Origin: Promethearchaeota archaeon | GTDB taxonomy: Archaea > Asgardarchaeota > Heimdallarchaeia > Hodarchaeales > Hodarchaeaceae | NCBI GenBank assembly: GCA_048938105.1 | Contig: JBHLMN010000005.1 | Span: 32,001-96,000, forward strand | Direction of reading: 5' to 3' | Length of the DNA stretch: 64,000 nt | Shown: positions 1-10,392 of the stretch, one piece after another | How the letters are laid out: each line of letters begins with the position of its first letter | How positions within the stretch are numbered: position 1 is the first letter of the stretch | Position numbers and translations under genes: made by a program | The notes under the pieces: model-generated | The model's input: the letters and a program-made list of their open reading frames with translations, nothing else | Told to the model about the DNA's origin: nothing | Databases searched by the model: none

Positions 1-39
1 GAGTAGGAGGAGAGGGTTTTGAACGAATAAATATTGCAT
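1..39 (-). CDS. 5' end of an unknown gene running off the window (MQYLFVQNPLLLL...)
   Basis: ATG at 39-37 preceded by a GAGG Shine-Dalgarno-like motif; open to the window edge; downstream of cysS on the same strand. Confidence 0.45.
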   Translation of the reverse strand, partial: MQYLFVQNPLLLL

Positions 40-104
40 GTCCTCTTTCTATATTAGAAGAATCTCTAGAACGAATTTCAAATGCTTTTAAGTAGATTAT
101 AAAT

Positions 105-1535
105 TTATTTCTTTATTTTCCAAATTGTCCCTTCTGGTTTGTCTTCAAGTTGAATACCTATTTCCAATAGTTCAGCTCTAATCTGATCAGAGAATTCATA
201 TTGTTTAGCTTCACGCAATTTATCCCTCAGAGTTATCATCATATCAACTAAGGCTGAAATAGATACTGTTCCCTGTTGTACTTCTTCCTGAAGAGAAATC
301 CCTAAAATCCCAATTAGTGTTATAATCTTATTTTTAGCTTCATTTAGGAGAGATTTTTCATTATCTAGAGATGCATTCATCTTTTTGATAAACTGCATGA
401 TCGTTTGGAGTGCTCCAACAGTATTCAAATCGTCATCCATTGCTGTAATAAAATCTGTCTCAACTTCAGTGATGAATGTAGACAAATCAGTTTTAGTTCC
501 ACCTGATGCTTGGTCTATAGAAGCAATTGTTGTCCGAATACGATCAAGAAGAGTCTGAGATTGTGTAAGCGCGTCACGATTGAAATCGACACCTTTACGA
601 TAATGAGAATTGATCAAAAATAACCTGATAAGCATAGGATCATATTCATTCAGTAGATCACGTACCAAGATGAAGTTACCTTTGGATTTTCCCATCCGTT
701 CACCGTCAACAGTAAGAAAAGCAGCATGTAGCCAGTAGTTTACAAACTTTTCACCTGTACGCGCTTCAGATTGAGCAATCTCATTCGGATGATGTAGATA
801 AAGATGATCTATTCCCCCACCATGAATATCTAAAGTAGTTCCCAGATATTTTTGAGACATAACACTACATTCAAGGTGCCATCCAGGATAACCAAGACCC
901 CATGGAGATGGCCATTTCATTAGGTGTTCAGGAGGAGCTCGAATCCATAAAGCAAAATCCCTGGGATCTCGTTTTTCAGGATTAACAGCAATCCGAGCAC
1001 CCGCTGATTCCTCAGAATAGCTTGAAGGACTTAATTCTCCGTAGGATGGAAATTTTGTCACATCAAAATAAACTGATCCGTTTGTCTCGTATGCATAGCC
1101 TTTTTCAAGTAAGTCTTTAATAAATTCAATCATTTCTGGTATTTCTGCAGTCGCACGAGGGTAAATATCCGCTCTTTGGATATTCAGAGCATCCATATCC
1201 TCGAAAAACTGCCGAATTTTCCTTTCGACTAAAACCATGGGTTCTAAATTTTTATCCCTTGCTGTTTTAATGATTTTATCTTCACCAGAATCTGCATCGT
1301 CAGTGAGGTGACCAACATCAGTAAAATTTTGAACCCAAAAAACATTATATCCTCTCCAACGAAGATATCTGACTAAAGTATCCCAGTAAGAATAAGTTCT
1401 AGCATTACCGATATGGGCATCCTCATATACAGTCTGTCCACAAGAATAAAAGCGAACTTTTTTATCCTCAATAGTGATAAATTCTTCTTTACGTCGGGTT
1501 AAGGAGTTATATAGCTTCATGAGGATTAATTCCAC
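105..1535 (-). CDS. cysS: cysteine--tRNA ligase (true start probably MKLYNSL at 1520)
   Basis: HIGN (HIGH motif), Zn ligands in CGQT/GWHLEC/HHPNE, RMGKSKGN (KMSKS variant), DDDLNT anticodon-binding domain. Confidence 0.97.
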   Translation of the reverse strand: MELILMKLYNSLTRRKEEFITIEDKKVRFYSCGQTVYEDAHIGNARTYSYWDTLVRYLRWRGYNVFWVQNFTDVGHLTDDADSGEDKIIKTARDKNLEPMVLVERKIRQFFEDMDALNIQRADIYPRATAEIPEMIEFIKDLLEKGYAYETNGSVYFDVTKFPSYGELSPSSYSEESAGARIAVNPEKRDPRDFALWIRAPPEHLMKWPSPWGLGYPGWHLECSVMSQKYLGTTLDIHGGGIDHLYLHHPNEIAQSEARTGEKFVNYWLHAAFLTVDGERMGKSKGNFILVRDLLNEYDPMLIRLFLINSHYRKGVDFNRDALTQSQTLLDRIRTTIASIDQASGGTKTDLSTFITEVETDFITAMDDDLNTVGALQTIMQFIKKMNASLDNEKSLLNEAKNKIITLIGILGISLQEEVQQGTVSISALVDMMITLRDKLREAKQYEFSDQIRAELLEIGIQLEDKPEGTIWKIKK

Positions 1536-1711
1536 TATTTAATACCAAATTCAGCCCCTAGTTCTGAATTTTTCAAACAATAATCTGATGTTTGAAAATT
1601 AAAAACAATCTAATAAGGATTTCAACTAAAATATCTAAATGCATTTACCCATATATAGTTAATAATATTGACAGTTGAGAGAGAATATATATCCTATACT
1701 AGGTAAATTTT

Positions 1712-2515
1712 GTGGGTTTCATAATGGGTTGTTCTGCCAAGTGCTTTGATTGGGCTTCATCCTTTTATGATTATTCACGAGCCATTCCTGAGGATCTAAT
1801 GAAAAAAATTATTGATACTCTGCAAGAAAAGCTGAGGATAGATTCTAGTTCAAAGATTCTTGAAGTTGGGATTGGAACTGGTAGGATAGCAATTCCATTG
1901 ACTGAAAAACTCAATTTAAACATAGTTGGAGTAGATATCTCAAAGAAAATGATACAAAAATGCCAGGAAAAAGTATCTCCAGGTGCCAGAATTCAATTAA
2001 TTGTAGCTGATGGCCTCAGACTACCATTTTCGAATAATCAGTTTAATATCATTTTTACGTGCCATATGCTCCATCTTCTGTCAAATGCTTACCAATTTGT
2101 TGAAAAAATAACTTCTTTATTAGTAAAAAATGGATTTTATATTAATTTGGAGGCATTTGTAGATTATCACCAAACATTACCCTTTAAAATTTACTATAAT
2201 AAATTGACTGAAACAGGTTGGCGTCATATCTTCCTGGGGGATCTTATTCGGCGCGGGCTTATTATCTATTTATCAAGAAAGGGATGGAGCCACACAGAAT
2301 ATATAATTAAGAGTCAGAGAGAAATCTCAATCAATAATCTTGTACTCTTCCTCCGTGAACGCGTTTTTTCTCATCAAAGAACCATCATAGACGATCTACA
2401 TAAACAATCACTAGAGCATCTTTATATGGAATTAGAAAAGAACAATATTGATTTATCAAAAACAGTATCTGCACCAGCTACATCTCGCTTTAGCATATTT
2501 CAACGGAATTATTAA
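1712..2515 (+). CDS. class I SAM-dependent methyltransferase
   Basis: ILEVGIGTGR motif I, VGVDIS, ADGLRLPF. Confidence 0.9.
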   Translation: MGFIMGCSAKCFDWASSFYDYSRAIPEDLMKKIIDTLQEKLRIDSSSKILEVGIGTGRIAIPLTEKLNLNIVGVDISKKMIQKCQEKVSPGARIQLIVADGLRLPFSNNQFNIIFTCHMLHLLSNAYQFVEKITSLLVKNGFYINLEAFVDYHQTLPFKIYYNKLTETGWRHIFLGDLIRRGLIIYLSRKGWSHTEYIIKSQREISINNLVLFLRERVFSHQRTIIDDLHKQSLEHLYMELEKNNIDLSKTVSAPATSRFSIFQRNY

Positions 2516-2526
2516 GATCAAAATTA

Positions 2527-3738
2527 ATGGTGTTCATCATCGTGAACAATGAACAAAATAAAACACAGACACAAGCAGAGGTAGCTAAAGAAGTATCTAC
2601 ACCTAAACCAACATTGGTAACAGAATTCAATCCTGATCGTCGTGAGCTAGCAATTGCGTATACTAGAACCTCTCGTCTTTACAGCATCCGATTGATGATC
2701 ATTTCTTTCGTAATATCTGTTGTTATTCTACTCTCACGAGTAACTGTGTTCTTTCGAGATTTGTTGGGAAATTTAGGTATAAAAGATCCTTTCATGCTTA
2801 CAGGTATTTTTTTTGTTGTTGGTTTTCTTTGTGTAAACATCGCAGAACTCCCTGTTTCTTTTTACCTACATTCTAGATTAGGACGGAAATATGGACTTTC
2901 AAAACTTACAAATCAGAAGTGGCTTTGGAGATATATCAAAGGGAATCTTGTTGGTTTTATAATCAGTTTCCCAATGTTTGAAGGGTTTTATTGGCTGTTG
3001 AGGACTTTTCCAAATTTTTGGTGGATGTGGGCAACAGCTATAATGATTTTATTTACGTTAATCTTCTCAAACTTAGGTCCTATAGTTCTCCTCCCAATTT
3101 TCTATAAATTTGATCCATTAGAGAATAGTCATCCCGATCTAGCCGACGAACTCGTAGAAATGGCAAAACAAATTGGCTTAAAAACCACGAAAGTTTTCAT
3201 ATGGCACATAAGCGAAATGGTAACCACATCAAACGCAGCTCTGTTAGGACTTGGTAATACCCGACGAATCATCATTGCAGACACAATGCTTAATGTTTTT
3301 ACCCCAAATGAAATTAAATGGATACTTGCTCACGAGATTGGTCACTTTAAGCATAAAGATTTCTGGAAAAGAATTATTATTGGAAGCTTCACCACATTTT
3401 TAATTTTCTTGTTCACAAATGTGACTTTTTATCCTCTTGCTAATTTTTTTGGTTATTCTTCAATCATTGGTGATGTTAGTGGTATTCCAATTATTGGTCT
3501 ATGTTTTTGGTTAATTTCCTTCGGAATAGATATTCCATCTCTCTGGTATTCAAGGAGACAAGAAGTAGCAACCGATGATTTTGCTTCCTCTATTATTAAA
3601 GATCCAACAGTAGCTAAAAGCCTATTCATTAAGATGGCTGACCAAAACCTCTCAGATATTAATCCCCCATGGTGGGAAAAATTGTTTTTTATGTCTCATC
3701 CATCAATTAATGAACGAATCAAACGCTTAGAAAGTTAA
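2527..3738 (+). CDS. M48 family membrane zinc metalloprotease (Ste24-like)
   Basis: multiple TM helices, NAALLG, LAHEIGH (HExxH), EVATD, SHPSINERI. Confidence 0.93.
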   Translation: MVFIIVNNEQNKTQTQAEVAKEVSTPKPTLVTEFNPDRRELAIAYTRTSRLYSIRLMIISFVISVVILLSRVTVFFRDLLGNLGIKDPFMLTGIFFVVGFLCVNIAELPVSFYLHSRLGRKYGLSKLTNQKWLWRYIKGNLVGFIISFPMFEGFYWLLRTFPNFWWMWATAIMILFTLIFSNLGPIVLLPIFYKFDPLENSHPDLADELVEMAKQIGLKTTKVFIWHISEMVTTSNAALLGLGNTRRIIIADTMLNVFTPNEIKWILAHEIGHFKHKDFWKRIIIGSFTTFLIFLFTNVTFYPLANFFGYSSIIGDVSGIPIIGLCFWLISFGIDIPSLWYSRRQEVATDDFASSIIKDPTVAKSLFIKMADQNLSDINPPWWEKLFFMSHPSINERIKRLES

Positions 3739-3762
3739 GAATTAACCTTATTATTAGATACC

Positions 3763-4521
3763 TTAACTTAACAGGTTCATTAAATGGACAATGTCTGCAT
3801 CTTCTATGTTTATAAATATGGTTCTAATGAGAAACACTGTAATAATGAATGTCAAAGGTGCTAGGAATCCAGCAAATAACACAATAGTTGGCCAAAGTTC
3901 ACCACCAAGAAAAATAATAATCCAATAAAAACCAAGGTCTCCTATAGCACCCATAAATAGAATTATTGCGGTACCAGCTAGAGTTTTTATAAAACCTCTA
4001 TCCTCAGGAGTGAGTTTATCTTCTTGTAAGAGATGAAAAGACCTAAATACAATTTTTATGACGAGGATCAATATTAGGATTAAGGGAGTAAGGAAAGTTA
4101 TTAAGAGGAGTATCGAAAACCATGGATCTGATTCACTCATCCCTAATATAGCAAAAGAAGTTCCAGTGGTAAAACCAAATAGGAATGGAATATATTTTTC
4201 CCAGAGTGTCCGTCTATTCGTAAATGCCGTCACATAAAATAGACTCAATTCAAGGGATAATATCGAGTATGCTATACCAATTACTCTCTTAATTAAAAAT
4301 AAAGTAATATCCGAATCCTGAGTAAACCCTACCATTAACATAACAATGAGAAAATATAAGACCATTCCAGAACTCAACATTCCAACGTGGAATATTGATT
4401 CTTCACGAAATTTTCTCCAAATTCTGAAAAATTTAAAAGCTGCATAAAGAAATAAGCCCGCTAATGAAAGCATGCTAATCATAGCACTAAAGCTAAGTAT
4501 GATTTCAATGACATCAATCAT
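3763..4521 (-). CDS. stand-alone seven-transmembrane protein
   Basis: seven hydrophobic segments, basic loop RIWRKFR after TM1, no soluble output domain; overlaps the upstream RHH gene by 4 bp. Confidence 0.75.
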   Translation of the reverse strand: MIDVIEIILSFSAMISMLSLAGLFLYAAFKFFRIWRKFREESIFHVGMLSSGMVLYFLIVMLMVGFTQDSDITLFLIKRVIGIAYSILSLELSLFYVTAFTNRRTLWEKYIPFLFGFTTGTSFAILGMSESDPWFSILLLITFLTPLILILILVIKIVFRSFHLLQEDKLTPEDRGFIKTLAGTAIILFMGAIGDLGFYWIIIFLGGELWPTIVLFAGFLAPLTFIITVFLIRTIFINIEDADIVHLMNLLS

Positions 4522-4727
4522 TCGCGATCACCTATTATTTCTTTAGAAACATTCTCTGCATATTCCTGTACCCATTCATGCAGCTTGTCTTGTAGCACAT
4601 AAGCGCAGAGTACGGATGGGCGTAGTTTGGTAACCTCAGATAGTCTTTCGATTTCGTGTAAAACCTTTAGCGGAAGTCGCACAGTTATTGTCGATGTTCG
4701 CATGTAGAGCATCCTCTGGAATAACAT
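4518..4727 (-). CDS. ribbon-helix-helix (CopG/Arc/MetJ-like) DNA-binding protein (start may be 4703)
   Basis: beta strand TITVRLP followed by two amphipathic helices (VLHEIERLS; PSVLCAYVLQ). Confidence 0.7.
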   Translation of the reverse strand: MLFQRMLYMRTSTITVRLPLKVLHEIERLSEVTKLRPSVLCAYVLQDKLHEWVQEYAENVSKEIIGDRE

Positions 4728-4737
4728 AAAAGGAGTT

Positions 4738-4752
4738 GTGCACAGTGTACAC
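4738..4752. promoter_or_regulatory. pseudo-palindromic putative operator GTGCACAGTGTACAC
   Basis: immediately upstream of the RHH gene next to an AT-rich TATA-like element; 14/15 identical to the reverse complement of 12465-12479. Confidence 0.6.
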
Positions 4753-4870
4753 GAGAATATTTAATAATGATTGTCGTGAAGGAGTACAAACCTCCCACAA
4801 GTTCATTTGATTCCTGATCTAGTCAAATTATAAAAAAAAAGGAATTATTCCCTAAAAAAAACAGAGATAA

Positions 4871-5290
4871 GTGATAAATATGTCAACTGAAAGAGTAAAA
4901 TATGAAATCAGTCCGATTGGGCCTCGACTCATTGCCCTTATTATCGACCTAATTATTGTGGCGATGTTGACGGTGTTTTGCCAATGGGGCGTCGAGCTGG
5001 AATGGAATATGTTTTGGAAACCAATACTATTCCCGGATATCGAATTTGTTGAAATATATTGGCTAATGCTGTTATTAATGTTGATATTCAGTATCCTCGT
5101 TTATTTCATATTGGTTCCTAGCTTTACAAATGGCCAAACAATTGGAAAAATGATAATGGGTCTCTATGTAGTCTATAATGACAATTCAAGTACCAAAAGG
5201 AAATTTGTGACACATATTAAGCGATTGTTCTTCATGCGAGGAGGAACAAAAGTCGTCAAGGTTTCTGGTGAACGGCCAGAGGGTCTTTAA
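4871..5290 (+). CDS. RDD family membrane protein
   Basis: GPRLIALIID and GQTIGKMIMGL motifs. Confidence 0.85.
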   Translation: MINMSTERVKYEISPIGPRLIALIIDLIIVAMLTVFCQWGVELEWNMFWKPILFPDIEFVEIYWLMLLLMLIFSILVYFILVPSFTNGQTIGKMIMGLYVVYNDNSSTKRKFVTHIKRLFFMRGGTKVVKVSGERPEGL

Positions 5291-5340
5291 GACTCGATGA
5301 ATACGGGAGAGGTGTTTTTACCCTTTTTTTTAATGATGAT

Positions 5341-6087
5341 TTACCAATATAGTTCCTTCGCAGGCATGAATGTTTGGGTATAATCTTCGACTATCTGACC
5401 ATCCGATAGACGGATTACACGATCCCCTAAAGGGCAAATTGCTTCATTATGGGTAACAATAATCACAGTCCGATTCAGTTTTTTTCCTGTCATTGCTTCC
5501 ATAATTTCTAATACTTGTCTACCGATCTTAAAATCTAAATTACCTGTTGGTTCATCCGCTAATAAGATTTCAGGTTCTTTTGACAGTGCTCTGGCAATTG
5601 CAACACGCTGTTGTTCTCCTCCACTTAATTGAGCGGGAAAATGATGGATCCGATCATGAAGACCGACTTTATCAAGATAGTCAATGGCTGTTTGACGAAT
5701 CATTTTGGAATCGAAACTTATTCCACCATTAGTCTTTCTCTTCACTCCTACTAATTCTAAAGCATATTCAACGTTTTCTAAGGCAGTTAACCGTGAAATA
5801 AGGTTGAAGAATTGAAATACAACCCCAACTTTCTTTCGGCGATAAATCGTTAACCATTTATCGGATAAAGTTGAAACACCAATTTCTCCAACAGTCACAT
5901 TACCAGATGTGGGGACATCTAACCCTCCAATCATGTTTAAGAGAGTTGTCTTGCCAGCTCCAGACGGTCCAAAAATAATGACGAGTTCCCCAAGTTCTAT
6001 ATTGACATCAATTCCCCTTAAGGCTGGAATTGTAGTTTCCCCTAGAGTATAATTCTTTTGAATGTTCTCTAATGTGATAAATGCCAT
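5341..6087 (-). CDS. ABC transporter ATP-binding protein (LolD/MacB type)
   Basis: Walker A GPSGAGKT, LSGGEQQR signature, LLADEPTGNLD, VTHN. Confidence 0.95.
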   Translation of the reverse strand: MAFITLENIQKNYTLGETTIPALRGIDVNIELGELVIIFGPSGAGKTTLLNMIGGLDVPTSGNVTVGEIGVSTLSDKWLTIYRRKKVGVVFQFFNLISRLTALENVEYALELVGVKRKTNGGISFDSKMIRQTAIDYLDKVGLHDRIHHFPAQLSGGEQQRVAIARALSKEPEILLADEPTGNLDFKIGRQVLEIMEAMTGKKLNRTVIIVTHNEAICPLGDRVIRLSDGQIVEDYTQTFMPAKELYW

Positions 6088-6100
6088 TTACTTATACCTC

Positions 6101-8638
6101 TTAGACCACTCGCTCCTTTGTTGCTTCTGCGAGATTCAGATTCAAAGCTCTTCTTAAGGGGAAGAATTGGGCCACTAAAACACCTATAAAAGTAAGTCCA
6201 AATGATATTAGAATTGTTTCATTACTCATAAATAGTTTTACACGGAAGAATTCTAGATCCAAAATGATTCTCATGAAGAACCATAACATGAGCCAGCCCA
6301 GGATTAACCCTAAAATTGTTCCAATGATGGTGATAATAAAATTCTCAACAGTAACATTTCGAACAAGGCGTCTGCTTGGTGTCCCAATAGTTAATAGAGT
6401 TGCAATCTCTCGTTCTTGTTCTTGTAAATTGATGTAAATGGTGTTATATACAATTGAACATGAAAGAACAACCGCAAATACTGCAACAATGTAGATGATG
6501 AAGTAAATCAAATTAAGAAGATTTAAGAAATCACTACTCTGCTCTTCCTTAGTATAGATATTTCTAATGTTGTAACTAAATTTTTGATAGATTTCCTTGC
6601 GTATTGAATCCAAATGATCTAGAGTGGGATTATCCACTTTCACTAGAATCGCATTTGCAGGTTGGCCTGGGAATTTACTTACACTGACCAACTTATTCAG
6701 TTCCATATAGGCAACTAGCCCATTAAACTCATCGACAAGTCCTGTAATACGGAACGAAAAATTGACCATATTAAAATGGGCTCTTAATGGAGCTGTACTT
6801 GTGATATTTGTCAAAACAGGTAATTCTAGGTTTACAGTATCATTTTCCCATACTTTTAATTTTTGAGCTACGGGAACACTTAGTACAATACCTGTTGGAT
6901 CCCACCCACCAGCTACATATTCAAATTTATGACCTTTATACCCATTTGAATTATTCACCCCAATTAATTGTACTTGTTTACTCTTATCAGATTTGCTAGA
7001 TGTTACTGTTGCTCCTGAAATGAGATGGTACGTCACATTTACTACACCATCAATTGAGTCATTAATTCCCATAGCAATTTGGGAGGCATTAACTGGAATT
7101 TCTGAATAATCAACGCGTAAATCCCAATCTTCTGCGACATCATACTGATAAACTAGAGAATAAGTCATTGATTCCATCATTCCAAAAACCATACTAATTA
7201 ACGATACCGACACAACAACTGCGAATACAGAGGAGAAGGTACGTCGCTTGCTACGAAAGAAGTTCCTAAGAGGGATTTTGTATCCAGTGACTCTCAGGTG
7301 TATTCGGAGCTTATTCAATATTCTTTCAAATAGTGGTACACGTCCAGTCGTAATATGGAGAGATGGATCAAAACGAAGACTTTCTGCTGGAAGAGGTTGA
7401 ATAGATCCCTTAATGGGCAGATATCCTCCAATAAATCCTGTAAGAAGACCTAACAAAACTCCTACTATAATGATAGGCCATTCGATAGTTACTTTTGGAG
7501 TAAATGGTATTGTTAACATATGAGTATAAAGCGGGCCAAACCATTGCAGAAATAACAATCCTAGGATTGTTCCTAAAATGGTTCCGATGATAGCTACCAC
7601 CATAGCAATACCTAGATATTGTAGGATAATCGTTCTTCTCGAGTAACCAAGGGCTTGAGCTACTCCAATATCTTTTCTTTCTGCAACAACCATCCTCCCT
7701 AAAAGCACGTATAATCCTCCCATTGCCATCGCTAGAATGATTGCTGGCAATACAAATCCAAATTCGCGCGCCTCGTCAATATCTAATTTCAATACATAAT
7801 ATGCTGCTTGTTTATCTCTATCAATGGGATCACTTAACTTTAAATCATGTGTTTCTTCTAGAAATTTCTTTAGATCATCTGCTATTGCTTCTCGTTGTCG
7901 AGGAAAGAGGTCAGGTTTTAACAACACAGAGATTTCATTCACTTTTCCTGGAACACCTAATAACCGTTGTGCTGTCCTTAGAGGTAAGTATATGACGCCA
8001 AAACGTCGTGGACTTGGCATAATGTCTGCATAGGATCCCATATTTATCAAATACTCTGGTGTTCCAAGTGATCCTAGAACTTCAAACGGAGTGTTATCAT
8101 CTCCAACAGCAATATACTCGTGTTGCTTTAACTTCCAATATGTCGCCAAGTGAGTTTCAACAATGCAAACGTTTCTGTATTGACTTATTTCTGAAAATGG
8201 CTCTCCATCTAGAATTTTAAAGCCATTTACTTTAGGTTGAGGTCGATAATCTCCATTTTCGTCAACAGTACTATATGCAACAATTCGACCATTTTGACGA
8301 GTACCTCGGATCTCAAATATTGTATCATCAATAATTCTTAATTCGTAACTGACTACTTTAGATTCCTCCAAGTCCATAAACTCATCCATGTATTTTGTTA
8401 GATTGTTAGTATCAATCCAAGCATCCTCACCCGACCCTCCTGGATTTGCTGTTAGTATTGTGAAACTTGCCATATTATAATCCGTGAATGCTTGGTTATA
8501 TGTCCGATTCATGAGTATAAAAGCAGTGACCATTCCATTGAATGAAGTGATTCCTATGGCAATTACTAATGCAATAGTAAAGAAACGAATTTTATGTGCT
8601 TTTAAAGCACGATAGATATTTTTTGCCGTTTTAGCCAA
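6101..8638 (-). CDS. ABC transporter permease with two FtsX/MacB-type repeats
   Basis: two ectodomain + TM repeats; ERKDIGVAQALG and EREIATLLTIG motifs; TTG start. Confidence 0.92.
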   Translation of the reverse strand: MAKTAKNIYRALKAHKIRFFTIALVIAIGITSFNGMVTAFILMNRTYNQAFTDYNMASFTILTANPGGSGEDAWIDTNNLTKYMDEFMDLEESKVVSYELRIIDDTIFEIRGTRQNGRIVAYSTVDENGDYRPQPKVNGFKILDGEPFSEISQYRNVCIVETHLATYWKLKQHEYIAVGDDNTPFEVLGSLGTPEYLINMGSYADIMPSPRRFGVIYLPLRTAQRLLGVPGKVNEISVLLKPDLFPRQREAIADDLKKFLEETHDLKLSDPIDRDKQAAYYVLKLDIDEAREFGFVLPAIILAMAMGGLYVLLGRMVVAERKDIGVAQALGYSRRTIILQYLGIAMVVAIIGTILGTILGLLFLQWFGPLYTHMLTIPFTPKVTIEWPIIIVGVLLGLLTGFIGGYLPIKGSIQPLPAESLRFDPSLHITTGRVPLFERILNKLRIHLRVTGYKIPLRNFFRSKRRTFSSVFAVVVSVSLISMVFGMMESMTYSLVYQYDVAEDWDLRVDYSEIPVNASQIAMGINDSIDGVVNVTYHLISGATVTSSKSDKSKQVQLIGVNNSNGYKGHKFEYVAGGWDPTGIVLSVPVAQKLKVWENDTVNLELPVLTNITSTAPLRAHFNMVNFSFRITGLVDEFNGLVAYMELNKLVSVSKFPGQPANAILVKVDNPTLDHLDSIRKEIYQKFSYNIRNIYTKEEQSSDFLNLLNLIYFIIYIVAVFAVVLSCSIVYNTIYINLQEQEREIATLLTIGTPSRRLVRNVTVENFIITIIGTILGLILGWLMLWFFMRIILDLEFFRVKLFMSNETILISFGLTFIGVLVAQFFPLRRALNLNLAEATKERVV

Positions 8639-8665
8639 ATATTATTACTCCTTTCATTATTTACA

Positions 8666-10372
8666 TTACCAAGAGATATTTTCTGCAGGAGTGGGAGTCT
8701 GGGTTTCTATAGAATCTATTTCACCAGAGCGTAATCTAATGACTTTATTCCCAATTAATGAGATTTTCTGATTATGAGTGACGAGTATAACTAAGATATT
8801 TGGTCTCTCTTTAATAATTCCTTGAATAACAGCTAATACTTTTTTTCCTTCTTTAACTGAAAGTTCTCCTGTTGGTTCATCACATAGGAGTATATCTGGT
8901 TCCTTAGCAAAGGCACGAGCAGCAGCAACTTGTTGCTGTTCACCTCCAGAGAGTTGAGACGGAAACGAGAAACGTTTCTCCCATAATCCAACTTTCTTGA
9001 TATATTCCTCTGTCTTAGCTAGTACTTCACTCCTGGATATCTTCCTTCTAGAGAGATCTACTGCATATTCAATGTTTTCCATGGCGTTTAAGACTGGTAT
9101 CAGATTAAAGAATTGAAAGATGAATCCACACTTTTCACGACGGTATTTGGTAAGCTTACCTTTACTCAATTTTGTAACTTCAATATCACCTACCTTAATT
9201 GTCCCCTCACACTTATCAATCCCTCCAATGACGTTTAAAAGAGTTGTTTTACCTGAACCAGATGGACCTAGGACTACGACGAGTTGACCACTTGCTAAAT
9301 CTAATGACAGATTCTTTAATGCATATATTTGTTGATTTCCCATCTTGTAAATCCTGTTAACATTTCTTAATCTGACAAATCCATTAACATGATCTATATC
9401 TCGATATTGAGTAGTCACTTGGGAAGATGAGTAATCACTGGTAACCTCTTTTTGCTCAGCTATTTCCTTCATCTTTTTTAAAAGAGGCGAAGACAATGTT
9501 GTTATGAGATCTTGACCTGGATTCATTACTGTGGAAAGGAGAATCTCATTTCGTACATAAACATCATATACTTTATCTAAAGAAGCAATTGATTGCATGA
9601 TTTCTAGAGCTTCATCATTATCAATGAATGATTTCATTTTAAAGGCGTTTGAATTGGATCCAATGAGTCTGGCGAAAGTTTGGAAGGGCTTTTCATCTTG
9701 AATAGCTGTGAAAAACTGTCGCATGGATGATTTGTGACCAATTTCACAGAATTTATTTAGGGGTTTTTTTAGATGATTTGGTAAAGGGAAAAAAGATAAG
9801 ACTCCAAGATTGTCAACTTTTTCAATGATTTTCTCAAGGGATAAATAATCATCTTTTACAACAAAGAACATCCTTGAAGTTATTTTCTCAAGGCTAACTT
9901 GAAAATCATGAGCAAAACTAGCTAAGAGAACGAGAGCAGATTGAATTCCTTCAGCAGCTTTAGGGAGTAGGAACAATGATTGAGAAGGGAAATTAATGAC
10001 TCTGCAAAAGCAATCTAGCTGTGGAAATTCGGCATCATGTATTTTACCCTCTAAGTATTCTTCCATTAATTTCAATACAATTTTCATGATAGGAAGAGCT
10101 CGTTTTGCACTCACATCGATAGGTACAAGTACAATGGCCATAAGTGAAGGAAATTCAGGGTTCTGAGATGCTAGAAATACCATTTTATGATTATCAAATT
10201 TAATGAAGCTAATATGTTCACCTTTCAAAATCTTTTGGGAAAAAAGTGTCAATACATTAGCAAGGGTACCAGATATCTCTGGGCGTTTTGTTAGCTTTCC
10301 CACTCCAGAGCTGAAAATAACTTCATCACGATTGACAATTAAAAGATCAGGAGGAGGATATCTATAGCTCAT
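8666..10372 (-). CDS. longin/DENN-like domain fused to a LolD/MacB-type ABC ATPase
   Basis: C-terminal about 240 aa has [31 protein letters not shown]; N-terminal about 120 aa follows a longin secondary-structure pattern (longin call less certain than the ATPase). Confidence 0.8.
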   Translation of the reverse strand: MSYRYPPPDLLIVNRDEVIFSSGVGKLTKRPEISGTLANVLTLFSQKILKGEHISFIKFDNHKMVFLASQNPEFPSLMAIVLVPIDVSAKRALPIMKIVLKLMEEYLEGKIHDAEFPQLDCFCRVINFPSQSLFLLPKAAEGIQSALVLLASFAHDFQVSLEKITSRMFFVVKDDYLSLEKIIEKVDNLGVLSFFPLPNHLKKPLNKFCEIGHKSSMRQFFTAIQDEKPFQTFARLIGSNSNAFKMKSFIDNDEALEIMQSIASLDKVYDVYVRNEILLSTVMNPGQDLITTLSSPLLKKMKEIAEQKEVTSDYSSSQVTTQYRDIDHVNGFVRLRNVNRIYKMGNQQIYALKNLSLDLASGQLVVVLGPSGSGKTTLLNVIGGIDKCEGTIKVGDIEVTKLSKGKLTKYRREKCGFIFQFFNLIPVLNAMENIEYAVDLSRRKISRSEVLAKTEEYIKKVGLWEKRFSFPSQLSGGEQQQVAAARAFAKEPDILLCDEPTGELSVKEGKKVLAVIQGIIKERPNILVILVTHNQKISLIGNKVIRLRSGEIDSIETQTPTPAENISW

Positions 10373-10392
10373 TTCAATACAATCCAGGATAT

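Noticed and set aside
1-30. Reverse complement GTTCAAAACCCTCTCCTCC resembles a tRNA T-loop/3' end (possible att site)
   Set aside because: No T-stem pairing or remaining cloverleaf; better explained as the first codons of a gene starting at 39 with an SD motif
3763-4521. 7TM protein as a rhodopsin
   Set aside because: No retinal-binding Lys in the last helix
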